Position numbers and translations under genes: made by a program | Assembly (NCBI RefSeq): GCF_009914755.1 | Contig: NC_060947.1 | Source: the human T2T-CHM13v2.0 reference genome, Homo sapiens | Length of the DNA: 64,000 nucleotides | Direction: 5' to 3' (one strand) | Part shown: positions 28,707 to 43,300 of the stretch, piece after piece | How the letters are laid out: the number at the start of each line of letters is the position of its first letter | Position numbering within the stretch: position 1 is the first letter of the stretch | Notes under the pieces: generated by a model | Databases searched by the model: none | What the model saw: only the letters and a program-made list of their open reading frames with translations | Told to the model about the DNA's origin: nothing

Positions 28707-29025
28707 GTCCAGGCACAGTGGTTCACGCCTGTAATCTCAGCACTTTGGGAGGCTGAGGCAGGAGAATCGCTTGAACCCAGAAGTTCCAGACCATCCTAGT
28801 CAACATACCGAGACCTCATCTTTACCAAAAAAATTTAAATTAGCCAGACACGGTGGCATACACCTGTATCCCCAGCTGCTCAGGAGGCTGAAGTGGGAGG
28901 ATTGCTTAAGTCTAGGAGGTCAAAGCTGCAGTGAGCTGTGATTGTGCCACTGCATTCCAGCCTGGGTGACAGAGAGAGACGCTGTCAAAAAACAAACAAA
29001 CAAACAAAACAACAACAAAAAAAAA
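28707..29025 (+). mobile_element. AluJ inside L1 ORF2
   Basis: AluJ right arm ggaggattgcttaag ... gctgcagtgagctgtgattgtgcc; (CAAA)n tail; L1 sequence resumes at catactgaccaaagc. Confidence 0.9.
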
Positions 29026-30729
29026 CATACTGACCAAAGCAATATCCACATTCAATACAATTCCTATCAAACTATGAATGCCATCCTTCAGAGAATTAGA
29101 AATAACAATCCTAATGTTTACACAGAACCAAAAAACAGCCTAAATAGCCAAAGCAACCCTAAGTAAAATTAACAAAGCCAGACGCATCACATTTCCTAAT
29201 TTCAAATTATACTACAAGGCTATAGTAACTAAAACAGCAGAGTACTTGTACAAAAATAGACACATAGATCAATGGAACAAAACAGAGAACCCAGAAATAA
29301 AGCTGCATACCTATAGCCATCTGATTTTCTACAAAATCTACAACAATAAACAATGAGGAGAGAACACTCTATTCAACACATGGTATTGGGAAAATTGCCT
29401 AGCCACATGAAGAAGAATAAAACTGGACCCCTATCTCTCACTGTTTACAATAATTAACACAAGATTGTTTGAAGACTTAAACATAAGATGTGAAACTACA
29501 AAGGTCCTAGAAGAAAACCTAGGCAAAACTCTTCTGGACATTGATCTATACAAAGAATTTATGACTAAGATCCCAAAAGCAAATGCAACAAAAACAAAAG
29601 TAGACAAATTGGACTTAATTAATTTCCTGCACAGCCAAATAAATAATCAATAGAGTAAAAAGATGACCTACAGAATGGGATAAAATATTTGCAAACTATG
29701 CCTCTGACAAAAGACTAATATCGAGATCTGCAAGGTACTCAAACAACTCAACAGGTAAACAAACAAACAAACAAACCTATTAAAAGGTGGGCAAAGGATA
29801 TGAACACGCATTTTACAAAAGAAGACATACAAGCAGCCAACAAACATGGAAAAATGCTCAATATCACTAATCATCAGAAAAATGCAAATTAAAACCACAA
29901 TGAAATATGATTTTATATCAGTCAGGAGGGCTTTTATTAAAAAGTTAGAAAATAACAGATGTTGGCATGGATGTGGGAGAAAACAGGTACACTTATACAC
30001 TGTTAATGGGAATGTAAATTAGTACAACCTTTATGAAAAACCATATGAAGATTTCTCAAAGAACTAATAATCAAAAAAATTTGACCCAGCAATCCCACTA
30101 ATAGGTATGTACCTAAAGGAAAATAAATCATTATATAAAAAGGACACCTGCACTTGTATGTCTATCACAGCACTGTTCACAATAGCAAAGTCATGGAATC
30201 AATCTAAGTGTCCATCAATGGTTAATTGGATAAAGAAAATAGGTATATAGACACCATGGAATACTATGCAGCCATAAGAAAGAATAAAATCATTATCTTT
30301 GCAGCAACATGGATGGAGGTGGAGATTATTATCCTATGTGAAATAACTCAGAAAATCAAATATCCCATGTTCTCACTTATAAGTGGGAGCTACACAATGG
30401 ATACACATGGACATACAGATGGAAATAATAGACACCGAGGACTCCAAAAGGGGAGAAGTTAAAAGGGAATTGAGGGTTGAAAAATTACCTACTGGTCACT
30501 GTTTGGTTGATGGGTACATTAGAAATCCAAACCCACCATTATGCAATACATCCACGGAAAAAACCCACAAATGCACCCCCAGATCTAAATTATTTTTTTA
30601 AGAAAAAGAAAAATAAATATGTATGTAAATATTCCACTGATTTGTTATTTAGATTAAAAGCAATAAATCTTTAATATCCTGTGTTGGTCATATGAAGTTA
30701 TTCAATAACAAGCTTTCTACTTAACTTAC

Positions 30730-30788
30730 ATCCCAGTCAATATTTGCAAAAAACAGATGTCTTTTGATTTCTTCAACTCCTTCTGATC
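30730..30788 (-). CDS. RPS6KA6: RSK4 exon 12 (59 nt): (G)SEGVEEIKRHLFFANIDWD
   Basis: Acceptor tttttatag|GA, donor GAT|gtaagt; also visible at the end of ORF 30721..30978. Confidence 0.96.
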
Positions 30789-31560
30789 CTATAAAAAAAA
30801 GAAATGATATTTTATTTTTATGATTTTTTTTAGTCTTGCTCCCTGGCTTCCAGACTGCTATCTGTAAACAGGAATACACATATTTCATACATTCCTTGAA
30901 AAGAAAAATACATGATTTCTTATCTGGCATTTTATTAGCTGGTCCTTTCATTTTACTGTGATAAAAAATAACTAACATTCATATTGAACTACAATAAAGT
31001 GTCTCCCAAATCAAATCAAATAGTATTAAACATAATACTTAAACTTAAATACATATTTTTTCATTCCTAATTTATCTTATGACCTCATATTTATATGCCA
31101 AATTGAAAGGTACAAAGGAATAAAGTGACACTGAAATTTTCACACAAGGGCATAAATAATAGGATCGCATCTGGATACAGGGAAAGGCTACCAGAAAGGG
31201 GTCAAAAAAGTAGTTACAGAAACATAATATTTACTTTGAAGAATATTGGGGGGGGGCAAAATATCTATCTTCAAATATATAAAAGATTACCTGTACAAGG
31301 GAGAATCTGTTTATTATTTCAAAAGAAGTAACCCATAATATATACATAATAATAGGTTGAACAGAAGCTTTCATTAACTAGACTACTTCAGTTTTAAATC
31401 ATGGACATAACAGAGTTTACTTTGTCTGAAATGCACACACAAAATGAAAAATTCTACGTATAGAAGTAATGTGCTCAAATCAAACAAGAAAACATAAAGA
31501 TTTAATTATCCTCCCAAAACATGCAGTTACTTCTATAAAAGCTAAGAAAATAAGCAATAC

Positions 31561-31649
31561 CCAATCTATTTGCTGGATTCCTTTTGAATAACATCCTTAG
31601 AAGACTTTGTGCTTCAGCACTAAGAAATTGAGGCATTCCAAGTTTTGCT
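31561..31649 (-). CDS. RPS6KA6: RSK4 exon 11 (89 nt): (K)[29 protein letters not shown](G)
   Basis: Acceptor tttcag|A, donor TTGG|gtattg; phase 2 to 1. Confidence 0.96.
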
Positions 31650-31884
31650 CTGAAACAGAGGATTTTAGAAAGTTTCACTTAAATTTAGCCACATTTTTGA
31701 TTTGAAAAATCTCAAAAAGAACTTTTAAAAGTGCTTTTACAAGGGTACAGTCCTGTATATGGTAGAAGGGAACAAGACAGTGAGAAAAAGGTACTCTTGT
31801 ATTATTTTAAAACCGCAATAATTTTTTCAAAACTGAAAGCAAGAGATTTTTTTCCCAAAAGAAAAACATACTGTTTACACTTAC

Positions 31885-31955
31885 TTTAATATCATATTCA
31901 TGGTCTCATTTCTGTCTTTACCTTGAAATGGCAGAGTACCAGTAAGCATTTCAAA
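31885..31955 (-). CDS. RPS6KA6: RSK4 exon 10 (71 nt): FEMLTGTLPFQGKDRNETMNMIL(K)
   Basis: Acceptor ttttag|TTT, donor TTAAA|gtaagt; phase 0 to 2. Confidence 0.96.
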
Positions 31956-33884
31956 CTAAAACAAACAAACAAAACACACCACACAATTAGAACACCTTAG
32001 AATATATAATAAGATTCTCTAGAAAAAAACTGAGACTTCTATATAATCATCAAATTGTAAGATCTACATGATAGTAGATCAAAATGGGACCAGAAAACTA
32101 GGTCACTTAAAGAAATATACTTCTGGTATCCCACTCTCTCTCTCTATATATATAGCTCAACTGATGGTGACCTGTAGCAGATGAAACCAACCAATTCTTC
32201 CTCAGTTCTAATTCGGCTATGTTCTCAAAGCCAAAGCAATTTGAAAATACACACAATGCATTTTCTGTTAAAACAAATATACTCTTTTGAAGAGAATGTT
32301 TAATAATAAAGGAAAAGGAAAAATAAGCAGAAAAGCATTTCAAATTCATACATGCCCAAGAAAGATTTAACCATTCTCATTCCCTCCACTGCCCCCAAAA
32401 CAGGAGCCAAAAAAGAAGTAGAAGCAGCAGAACACACCACCACCACCACCCCCTGCCACACACACACATGCCAATAGCTTTAAAAAAGAAACATACACCT
32501 TAGTTGTACACAGAAGAAGGAAAACATTTTCTCAAAGAGAACTGACTGCAATGTGACTAACTAGAACATTAAATAATGGTATAAAAAAAGACTACCTCTA
32601 AAAATCATTACGGTACATTAAAGAGAAGTTTTTGTATCACCAGTATTTAAATCTCAAACTTAGATTCAATAATGGCTTTGGCCTTAGTCTTCTACTCATT
32701 TATCTGAACTCACAATCTAAGTGAGCTTATACATTCAAGTCTCTTCTGTATCTTAATGTCTCCCAAAATCTGCTGTTCAAGGCTTAATCTCTCTCAAACT
32801 CCAGCTTTCCTTCCCAAATCTTAAGTAATGGTACGCCACCAAAGACTGGAGGAGTAGAGGTGAGAACTTCAGGGAGAGAATGAAGGAAGGATCGTATATA
32901 GGACTCACATCTTCCCTCAAAGAAACTACACGTTGGGTAGTTAATATATACGTATTAAGGTCTCCAAATGATTCTGATTCTCTCTCCACTACCCCTCCTA
33001 GTTTATCACCACCCAGTGGTGAGTCATTAACCTACAGTAACCTATGCTACATGTTAAAAATTATTTTTTCCCACTTCCAAAACCAGCTGTCCTCTTCAGC
33101 TATCTCTTCTATTAACTTACCATTCTTTGAACCCCCTAAAGCTCACAAATTTTATAGGCATTTTTATCTTTGACAATTCATTTCTTTTTGATCTGTGTCA
33201 TCTAATTTGCTACCAAGGTTAACAACTGCTTACTTTGAAATCTCTATAATCTTACAATTGTCTTTAAAGATCTCTTTTGTCTTCCTATTTCTAGTTTCTT
33301 CCATTACAATCCACTTACAAGGCTAATCCTCCTAAAATACAATTTTCTCTAATTTCCAGCCTGTTTAAGAATCTAAAAGTTTCCTCCTACCCAGAGAATC
33401 ATGTATAAATGCTTATAGGTTTATAGCTTCACTTCCTCCACCTTTGCCCTCTTTCTCCACTTCTCTAGTCAAACTGGTTCTCCAAGTCTTTGCTAATATG
33501 ATCACAATAACTCTCCTTCTTGACACACAACTATTTAAATTTTATCCATCCTTCAGGGCTTAATTTAAGTTCCAACTCTTTCAGTTTGCCTACATCAGCT
33601 TACATTAAATCTTCCCTGAACTCCTAAGGTACTTCTTGAGAGTTTATTTAGCTACTCCAATTGAAAAAGACCAAATATTTTACTTAGAATCAGTTCCTAC
33701 CCCACAGGCCTCCTAATATGTCAGGCTTATAAGAGACACTTAACATGCTGATGTGTCATTTGATGTGCTACTCAGTGATAAATGGACAAAATGGATCAGA
33801 CCTCCAAAGCAAATTATATCTAATTCAACAGCTATTTATCTATCATCCTACTGACTACTGCAAATTCTATGCTTAATCTCATAC

Positions 33885-34060
33885 CAAATTAGTCAGTCTG
33901 TATTAAGCATCTACTGAAATGCTCACTATGCTTGATACTATGGGAGATGAAAAGTAGTATAAGACATGATTCCTCTGCTCAACAGGTTTATAACCTTTCT
34001 AGGGAATACATGGAACAATCTGACAATAAGACACTATATGGTAAGGTGCTAAGTTCTGTA
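33885..34060 (-). mobile_element. L2 3' fragment (further L2-like remnants at about 33030-33620)
   Basis: tattaagcatctactg ... ataagacatgattcctctgctc. Confidence 0.55.
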
Positions 34061-34385
34061 ACATTCAATTAAAATACCATGTAACTGATAAACTCATCAT
34101 TCTGAAATATAGAATCTGACAGACCTTTTCATAAGTATCAAATATGAATAGTTTATAATAACAATGCTGTCATTTACCTTTTTACTAGCAACTTTAAAAT
34201 AAATCAGAACACCAAAATCTTAATTTTTATTGTGTAACAGCTAGCCAATCACAAGGTTTTTGGTGTTAATTATAAATTATCAGAACCCCTTTCTGACCTG
34301 CTAAATCCCAAAATTTGAATTAAAATAAAATTATAAGTAATATCAATCACAGGTTGGCATAATTAAAACAAATAATGCTACTTAC

Positions 34386-34528
34386 CATAAGAACACCATA
34401 TGACCACCAATCAGCACTCTGGGAATGGCCTCTCCTATTTACTACTTCAGGAGCCATATACTCTACTGTACCACAAAATGAGTAAGCCTTCTTTTCTTGA
34501 TCTACTGACTCCTTGCTGAGTCCAAAAT
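34386..34528 (-). CDS. RPS6KA6: RSK4 exon 9 (143 nt): (D)[47 protein letters not shown], activation loop with PDK1 site
   Basis: Acceptor ttatag|AT, donor ATG|gtaagt; contains DFG, AYSFCGT and APE. Confidence 0.97.
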
Positions 34529-35510
34529 CTATAATAACAGTATTACCAAAAAATGTGTCTGAAAAACTTCAGAAAATAGAAAACGTCAAAAGAAACAAAA
34601 TAATGTATTAAACATTACAATTATTTATGGATGGCCTACAGTTACTCTTAAGAAAGTTCCTGTGAGATCAATAAGAGAAAGCAGCCTGTATTTCATAACA
34701 ATACTCTTTAAGGTCATTTAAAGATCCTTCCATGAAATCTCATCCTCAAAATACATGCTTTCAGGTCTACACTAGAATATAGTGCAAAAAATGTGAGGGA
34801 ACAACAATTAAATCAAAGCTGCCGTATTGATCTAAGTTTTAAAATAGACTAAGACAAAACAGAAATAGTAACTTATACTTTTTAAAATATTAAAAAAGCA
34901 AATTTTGCTTTGGCTTTGGTGAGCTTCCATTTTTGTTCAAAGCCTTCAAGGAGCTAAAGATGTCAATAATAAAAATCAATCTTATTTCTTGGTATTACTA
35001 ATGAACAACTGGAAGACGAAATTTAAAAAGTACCATTTATAATACCACCAAAAATATCAAACATGAAATCTACAGGTATAAATATACATCTACAGCTATA
35101 AAATATATATGCAAGAATTATATGCTGAAAACTGGAAACACTGATGAAAGAAATCAAAGTAGACCTAAATAAATGGGAAGTTATACCATGTTCATGAATT
35201 GGACGATTTAATGTTGTTAAGGTATCAATTCTCCCCAAACTGATATACCAATTCAATGAAACTTCAATAAAATCCCAGCAAAATTTCTTTTGTAGAAATC
35301 AATAAGCTGATTCTACAATTTGTATAAAAAAGTCAAGAAAATAAAATAGTCCAAACAATTTTGAAAAGGAAGAAAACAGTTGGACTTACACTACACCTGA
35401 CTTCAACACTTACTATAAAGCTACGGTAATCAAGATAGTGGGGTACCGGAAAAAGGTTGGACATATATATCAATGGAACAGAAGAGTGTACAATGATAGA
35501 CTGACATATA

Positions 35511-36118
35511 CAGTTAATTCTGCTATAATGCTTCTTTTGAAAATGCAAATTTGTTCTAATGCAATTGATATCTTAGCAAACAATCTAAGTATAACGTGAA
35601 TTTCACACTGGCTTATCAGTGATTTTGTCTGCAGGAAGCGTTACATGAGCACAGAAAACTGAATCAGCTGAGCTTAGGAAAGTAGAAATACATAAAATGC
35701 ACATATGCACACACCTCAAACATCTACCAGCTAATTCACTGTATTTGTTATGAGCCACTCCTGTCCACCTCTAGCGTTAAAATTTTCCTTCCAATTCCAG
35801 ATAATCTAACTTCCACTACATCATTATAACTTACAAACTGTAACTTTTCTGACACCCACTTCCACAAGCAAACTTCGGGTCTTTTTCAAGGTAAGGAACT
35901 GTATTTATTGCAGTCTTTATGTATTTCTTAATCATTTAGAACATACAGAACAATGCTACCCTTTTTACTTTCTTTTCTTTTGTGTATCACTGATCAAACA
36001 TTTTAAAGTTATGCCCCTTGCCTCCTTTTCCCCATAAGTTCTGTGGTTTATATACTATGGATTTATGCATACTGCAGTGATTTAGATCACATATGTCACA
36101 CTGTAACAGAACTGGCTC
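35511..36118. mobile_element. Tigger-family (TcMar) non-autonomous DNA transposon
   Basis: TA flanks on both sides; degenerate TIRs cagttaattctgctataatg / cactgtaacagaactggctc; it splits continuous L1 sequence. Confidence 0.65.
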
Positions 36119-36847
36119 TATATTGTCACTTAATTTCTTGCAAAGGTGCAAAAGCAATTCCATGGAGAAAAAGCAGTCTTTTCAACAAATGGTACCAGAA
36201 CAAGTAGGATAGAGATATAGAAAAATTCATCCTCATACCATAAATAATTAACTCAAAATGGATCGTAAACCATGTAAAACCTAAAACTATAAAATTTACA
36301 AAAAAGAAAATAGAAATTCTTTGTGATCTTGGGTTAGACAAGGATTTCTTAGATACATCAAAAGTATAATCCATAAAAGAAAAATAATGACAAACTGGAC
36401 ATCATCAAAATAAACAAAACTGTTCTTCAGAAAATGGTATTAAGAAAATGAAAAAGAAGCTACAGGAGGAAACGATGGAGCAAGATGGCAAAATAGAAGC
36501 CTATACCATTTGTAGCTTCTGCAGGAACACCAAAGTTTAACAACTCTCTGCACACAGAAAAGCACCATCACAAGAATCAAAAATCGGGTGAGTAATCACA
36601 GTACTTAGTTTTAACTTCATATTGCTGAAAGAGGCACTGAAGAGGGTAGAAGAGACAGTCATGAATCACTGATGACACCCCTTCCCCATGCCCCAGCAGC
36701 AGCCATGCAGTGAGGAGAGTCTTTGCAGATAGGGGAGGGAAAGCTCAGCAACTGGGGGGCTTTACATTGAATTCAGTGCTGCCCTGTTACAGCAGACAGC
36801 AAAGTCATGCTGGCCTCAGCCAGCACCCACATATGGAGGAAGCTTTT

Positions 36848-36860
36848 GTTATTTTTTTTA

Positions 36861-36891
<31 letters not shown>

Positions 36892-37137
36892 GAGACAGAG
36901 TCTTGCTCACTGCAACCTCCACCTCTCGGGTTCAAGTGATTCTCCTGCCTCAGCCTCCTGAGTAGCTAGGATTACAGGCGCCCGCCACCACGGGCAGCTA
37001 ATTTTTTTCGTGCTTTTAGTAGAGGCAGGGTTTCACCATGTTGGTCAGGCTGGTCTCGAACTCCTGACCTCAGATGATCCATCCACCTCGGTCTCCCAAA
37101 GTGCTGGGTTTATAGGCATGAGCCACTGCACCCGGCC
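36848..37137 (-). mobile_element. AluS with a ~40-bp deletion in the right arm
   Basis: T-tail 36848-36891; TSD gaggaagctttt on both sides; gtcttgctc joins directly to actgcaacc. Confidence 0.92.
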
Positions 37138-40076
37138 AGAGGAAGCTTTTGGACAAGAACTAGACAGAAGGGAATTGCCTGTCCCAGTGGTCTAAATTTG
37201 AACTCCTCAGCAAGCCTCGCCATCTTGGGCCAAAGTGCTCTGGGGTCCTAGGTAAACTTAAAAGGCAGTCTAAGATGCAAACCCTGCAATTCCTAGGCAA
37301 CTACTAGTGTTGAACTGGAATTAGAGCCAGTGGACTAGGGTGGCATGTGACCTAGGGAGATACCAGCCAGGGTGGCTAAGGGAGTACTTGTGCCACCATT
37401 CCCCCAACCCCAGACAGCACAGCAACAAAAGTGACTCCTTCCTTCTGCTTAAGGAGGAAGGAACAAAAAGTAAAGAGGACTTTGTCTTGCATCTTAGATA
37501 TCAGCTCAGCCATAGTAGGACAGGACACTGGGCAGAGTTGTGAGGTTCCCATTCCAGGCCCTAGCTCATGGATGGTATTTCTAGACACATCCTGGGCCAA
37601 AAGGAAACCCACTGTCTTGAAGAGAAGAACCCAGTCCTGGCAGGATTCATTGCCTGCTGATTAACGAGCTCTTGGGCCATGAACAACCACCAGCAGCAAT
37701 ATACCCAGGTAGTACACCATGGGCCTTGGGCTCTGAGAAATGCTGGCTTCAGGTGTGATCCAACAAATTGAGAGCTGTGGTAGCTACAGAAAAAGATTCC
37801 TTCTGTTTGAGAAAAGCAGACAGAAAGGTAATGCACCTTAGGTACCAGCTCAGCCACAGTGGGGTAGGCCAATAAGCAGGCTCTTGAGGTCTCTTGAGTC
37901 TGAGCCTAGGCTCTTGGATATAATTTCTGGATCTGCCCTGGGGCATATGGGAGCCCAGTGCTCTGAAGAACGAGTTCCCAGCCTGGCAGCATTCACCACT
38001 TGTTGACTGAAGAGCCACTGGGCTTTAAGTGAACATTGCCAGTGGCCTGGCAGAACCCCTGCTATGGGCTGCTGGTGCTGATGGCTATAGGGAGAGGCCC
38101 TTCTCCCTGTGGAGAGGGGAGGGAAGTGCAACAAAGATTCTGGATTATGGTCTGAGTGCCAGCTTAGCTGCAGTAGAATAGAACTTCAGGTAAATTTCTA
38201 AGGTATTTGACTCTAATCCTTGGCTCCCAGACAGCATGCCTGGTCCTGCCCGGGGCCTGGGGGAACTCATTGCCCTGAAAGGAAGGACACAAACCTGTTT
38301 GGCCTTAACATCTGCTGACTGTAGAGCACTATGGCCTTGAGTGAAAATAGGTTTTACCCAGGTAGTAGTTATAGTGAGCCAAGGTCGAGACCCAGTGTTG
38401 TGCTGGCTTCCGGTTTGATTCAATGCAGTCTGTGTGGTGGCGGCCATAGGGGTGATTGCATAACCACATCCCCATTCCAGGTGGCTCAGCACAGAGATAG
38501 ACTCCATTTGTTTGGGAGAAAATAATGGAAAAGAATGAGGTTCTCTGACTGGTAATACAGAGAATTCTTCCAGAATTTATCCAAGGCCACCAATGGGGTA
38601 CCTCTAGGAGCCTATAAAACCACAGCATTATTGGGCTTGGGGTTCAACTCCCAGCGAATACCTGTACAGTCTTCTCAAGAAGGACAGGTACAAACAAGCC
38701 CGGAGTCCAAGACCAAATTAAAAATCTAACTCATCAATGCCCATACACTCCCAAGCATCTACAAGCAGCAAGACCATCCAGGAAAACATGACCTCACCAA
38801 ATGAACTAAATAAGGAACCAGGAACCAATTCTGGAGAAACAGATAGATATGCAGGCTTTCAGATAGATAATTCAAAATAGCTCTGTTGAGGAAACTCAAC
38901 GAAACTAAAGATAACGAAGAGAAGGAATTTATAATTCTATCAGATAACTTTAATAAAGAGATTAAAATAATTAAAAAGAATCAAGTAGAAATTCTAGAGT
39001 TGAAAAATGCAACTTGACATATCAAAGAATGCATGACAGTCTCTTAATAGAAGAACTGATCAAGGAGTGAAAATAATTTGTGAGCTTGAAGACAAGCTAT
39101 TTGAAAATACACAGAGGAGACAAAATTAAAAAAAAAAAAGAATAAAGCATGGCTACAAGATCTAGAAAACAGCCAAAGAGGGGCAAGTCTAAGAGCTACT
39201 GGACTTGAATAGAAAGTAGACAGAGAAAGACGGATAAGAAGTGTATTCAAAGGGATAATATCAGAGAACTCCCCAAACCTAGAGAAAGAAATAAACATAC
39301 AAGTGCAAGAAAGTTATAGAACATCCAACAGATTTAAACCAAAGAAGACTACCTCAAGGCATTTAATAATCAAACTCCAAAAGTTCATTGATAAAGTATC
39401 CTAAAAGCAGCAAGAGAAAATAAACAAATGACATAATGGAGCCCCAATACACCTGGCAGCATACTTTTCAGTGGAAACTTTACAGGTTAGGAGAGAGTGG
39501 CATGACATATTTAAAGTGCTGAAAAAAAATTACTTTATACTATTATAACTGGCAAAACATATTTTTCATGCATGATGGAGAAATAAAGATCTTCCCAGAC
39601 AAACAATAACTGAGAGATTTCATCAACACCAGACCTGTCTTATAAGAAATGCTAAAGGGAGTTCTTCAATCTGAAAGAAAAGTATGTAATAAGCAAGAAG
39701 AAATCATCTGAAAGTACAAAACTCACTATAATAGTAAGCATAAAGAAAAATGCAGGGAATATTATTATGCTGTCATTGTGGGGTATAAATTCCTCTTAAG
39801 TAGAAAGACTAAATGATGAACCAATCAAATAATAACTACAAAAACTTTTCAAAACATAGTACAATAAGACATAAAGAGAAGCAATGAAAACTTGAAAAGT
39901 GGGGGGATGAATTCAAAGTGTAGTGTTTTTATCAGGTTTTTTTGCATGTTTGTTTGGACAATCAGTGTTAAGTTTTCATCAGTTTAAAATAAGAGGTATT
40001 AGATCATATTGGCAAGCCTCATGGTATTCTCAAACCGAAAAACATACAACAGATATGCAAAAAATAAAGAGAAAAA

Positions 40077-40378
<302 letters not shown>

Positions 40379-43300
40379 ATAAAGAGAAAGAAACTAAATC
40401 ACAGCACCACAGAAAATCACCTTCAGTAAAAGGAGGGCAGGGAGGAAGAAAACAAGGAAGAGAAGACCAGAAAACAACTAAAAAAATGGCATGAGTAAGT
40501 CCCGATTTATTAATAATAACATTTTATGTAAATGGACTAAACAATCAAAATACACAGACTGGATGAACCATGAAAAAACAAGAAACAATGATCTGTTGCC
40601 TACAGGAAACACACTTCACCCATAAAGATACATACAGACTGAAAATAAAGAAATGGGAAAAGATATTCCATGCCAATGGAAACCACAAAGGAGCAGGAGT
40701 AGTTATATCATACAAAATAGATTTGAAGGCAAAAATTATAAGAAGGGAAATGGAGGTCATTATATAATGATAAAGGGGTCAATCCTGCAAGAAGATAGAA
40801 AAATTATAAATATCTGTGGACCCAAAACTGGAGCAACCATATATACAGAGCAAATATTATTAGAGATAAAGAGGGATATAGAACTCAATACAGTAACAGC
40901 CGGTGACTTCAACACCCCACTTTCAGCATTGGACAGATCTCCCAGACAGAAAACTCAACAATGAAATATCGAACTTAATCTGCACCATAGAAAAAGTGGA
41001 CCTAATAGATACTTACAGAACATTTCATCCAAAGGCTGCAGAATACACATTCTTCTCCTCAGCACATGGATCATTCTCAAGAATAGACCATATGTTAGAT
41101 CACAAAACAAGTCTTAATATATTCAAAAATCTGAAATAATATCAAGCATCTTCTGTGATCACAACTGAATACAACTAGACGTCAACAACAAGAGGAATTT
41201 TGTAAACTATATAAACACATAGAAATAAAACAATATGTTCCTGAATGACCAGAGAGTCAATAAAAAAATTAAGAAAGAAATTTAAAAATTTCTTGAAATT
41301 AATGATAATAGAAATACAACATAAAAAATCCTATGGAATACAGTGAAAGCAGTACTAAGATGGAAATTTATAGCTGAAAGTGCTTACATCAAAAAAAAAT
41401 TCAAATAACTTTATGATGTATCTTAAAGAACTAGAGAAGCAAGTGAATTGAACCCAAATTAGTCGGAGAAAAGAAGTAATAAATATCAGAGCAGAAATAA
41501 ATGAATTTTAAATGAGGAAAATAATATAAAAGACCAATGAAATAAAAACTTGCTTTTTGAAAAAACAAACAAAATTGATAAACCATTAGCCAGACTATCA
41601 AAGAAAAACAGGGAGAAGACCCCAATAATTAAAATTAGAGATGAAAAAGGAAATATTACGACTGATACCACAGAAATTCAAAGGGTCATTAGTGGCTACT
41701 ATGAGCAACTACATGCCAATAAATGGGAAAATCTAGAGAAAATGGACAAATTCCTTGTCACGTAAAACCTACCAAGAAATCCAAAACCTGAAGAGGCCAA
41801 TAACAATTAGTAAGATCAACATCATAATAAAAAGTCTCCCAGTAATGAACTGCCCAGGGCCTGATGGCTTCAGTGCTACACTCCTCCAAACATTTAAAGA
41901 AGAATTAATACCAATCCTGTTCATAATATTCCAAAAAATAGAGCAGGAGGGAATACTCCCAAAGTCATTCTATGAGGCAAGTATTACCCTGATACCCAAA
42001 CCAGACAAAGATAAGACAACAAAAAACTACAGGCCAATATCTCTGATGAATAATAATGCAAAAATCCTCAACAAGATACTAGCAAATTGAATTCAATAAT
42101 ACATTAAAAAGACTGTTCATCATGACCAAGTGAGATTTGTCCCAGGTATGCAAGGATGGTTCACCATATGCAAATCACTTAATATGACACATCATACCAA
42201 CAAAAAGAAGGACAAAAACCACATGATGATTTCAACTGATGTTGAAAAAGCACCCAATGAAACTCAACATCTCTTCATGATAAAAAAAAAAACCCTCAGA
42301 AAATTGGGTATAGAAGGAACATGCTTCAACATAATCAAAGCCATATATGACACACCCACAGTTAGTATCATACTGAATTGGGAAAAACTGTCATCCTTTC
42401 CCCTGAGACCTGGAACACAATGAGGATGCCTGCTTTCACTACTGTTAATCAACATAGTACTGCAAGTCCTAACCAGAGCAATCAGACAAGAGAAAGAAAA
42501 AGGGCATCCAAGTGAGAAAGGAAGAAGTCAAATTATCCTTTTTTACTGATGGTATTATCTTACATTTGGAAAAACCTAAAGACTCCTCCAAGAAACTATT
42601 AGAACTGACAAACTCAGCAAAGTTGCAGGATACAAAATGAACACACAAAAATCAGTAGCATTTCTACAGGCCGACAGAGAACAATCTGAAAATGAAATCC
42701 AGAAAGTGATGCCACTTACAATAGCTAAAAATAAAATCAAATACATAGTAATTAACCAAGAAGTAAAATATCTCTACAATGAAACTACAAAACACTGATA
42801 AAAAGAAATTAAAGACATGTAAAAAGGAATGTACTAAAATGAGGCAAGAAATTGAGAAAGACACACAAAAAATGGAAAGATATTCCAAGTTCATGAATTG
42901 AAAGAGTCAATATTGTTAAAATTGTCCATACTACCCAAAGCAATCTACAGATTAAACACAATACCTTTCAAAGTAGAATGAGATTCTACACAGAAATAGA
43001 AAAAAAAGTCCTAAAATTTATATGGATCCACAAAATACCCAGTATAGATAAAGCTACCTACACAAAAAGAACAAAACTGGAGGAATCACATTATCTAACT
43101 TCAAATTATACTACAAAGCTATAGTAACATGGTACTGTCATAAAAACAGAAACATAGAACAGGGAACAGAATAGAGAACCCAGAGATAAATCCATGTATC
43201 TACAGTAAATTCCTTTTTGACAAGGTGCCAAGAACATACATTGGGTAAAGGACGGTGTGTTCAATAAATGGTGCTAGGAAAACTGGATATGCATATACAG

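Larger units (their letters stand above)
22845..30612 (+). mobile_element. Near-full-length old primate LINE-1 (L1PA15/16- or L1PB-like), degenerate; fills most of intron 12
   Basis: GC-richer 5' UTR of about 2.3 kb, ORF1 remnants at about 25250-26200, ORF2 remnants ([11 protein letters not shown] at 28067), then 3' UTR and A-rich end at about 30610. Contains an AluJ. Confidence 0.9.

Noticed and set aside
22823-30623. TSD for the intron-12 L1 (taaatatgta at 22823 and 30614)
   Set aside because: A 10-bp AT-rich match that is not exactly at the 5' end and could be chance.
40570-42423. Cluster of endonuclease/reverse transcriptase ORFs as a possible active retroelement
   Set aside because: These are frameshifted, stop-ridden fragments of L1 ORF2 in an old L1MA copy.
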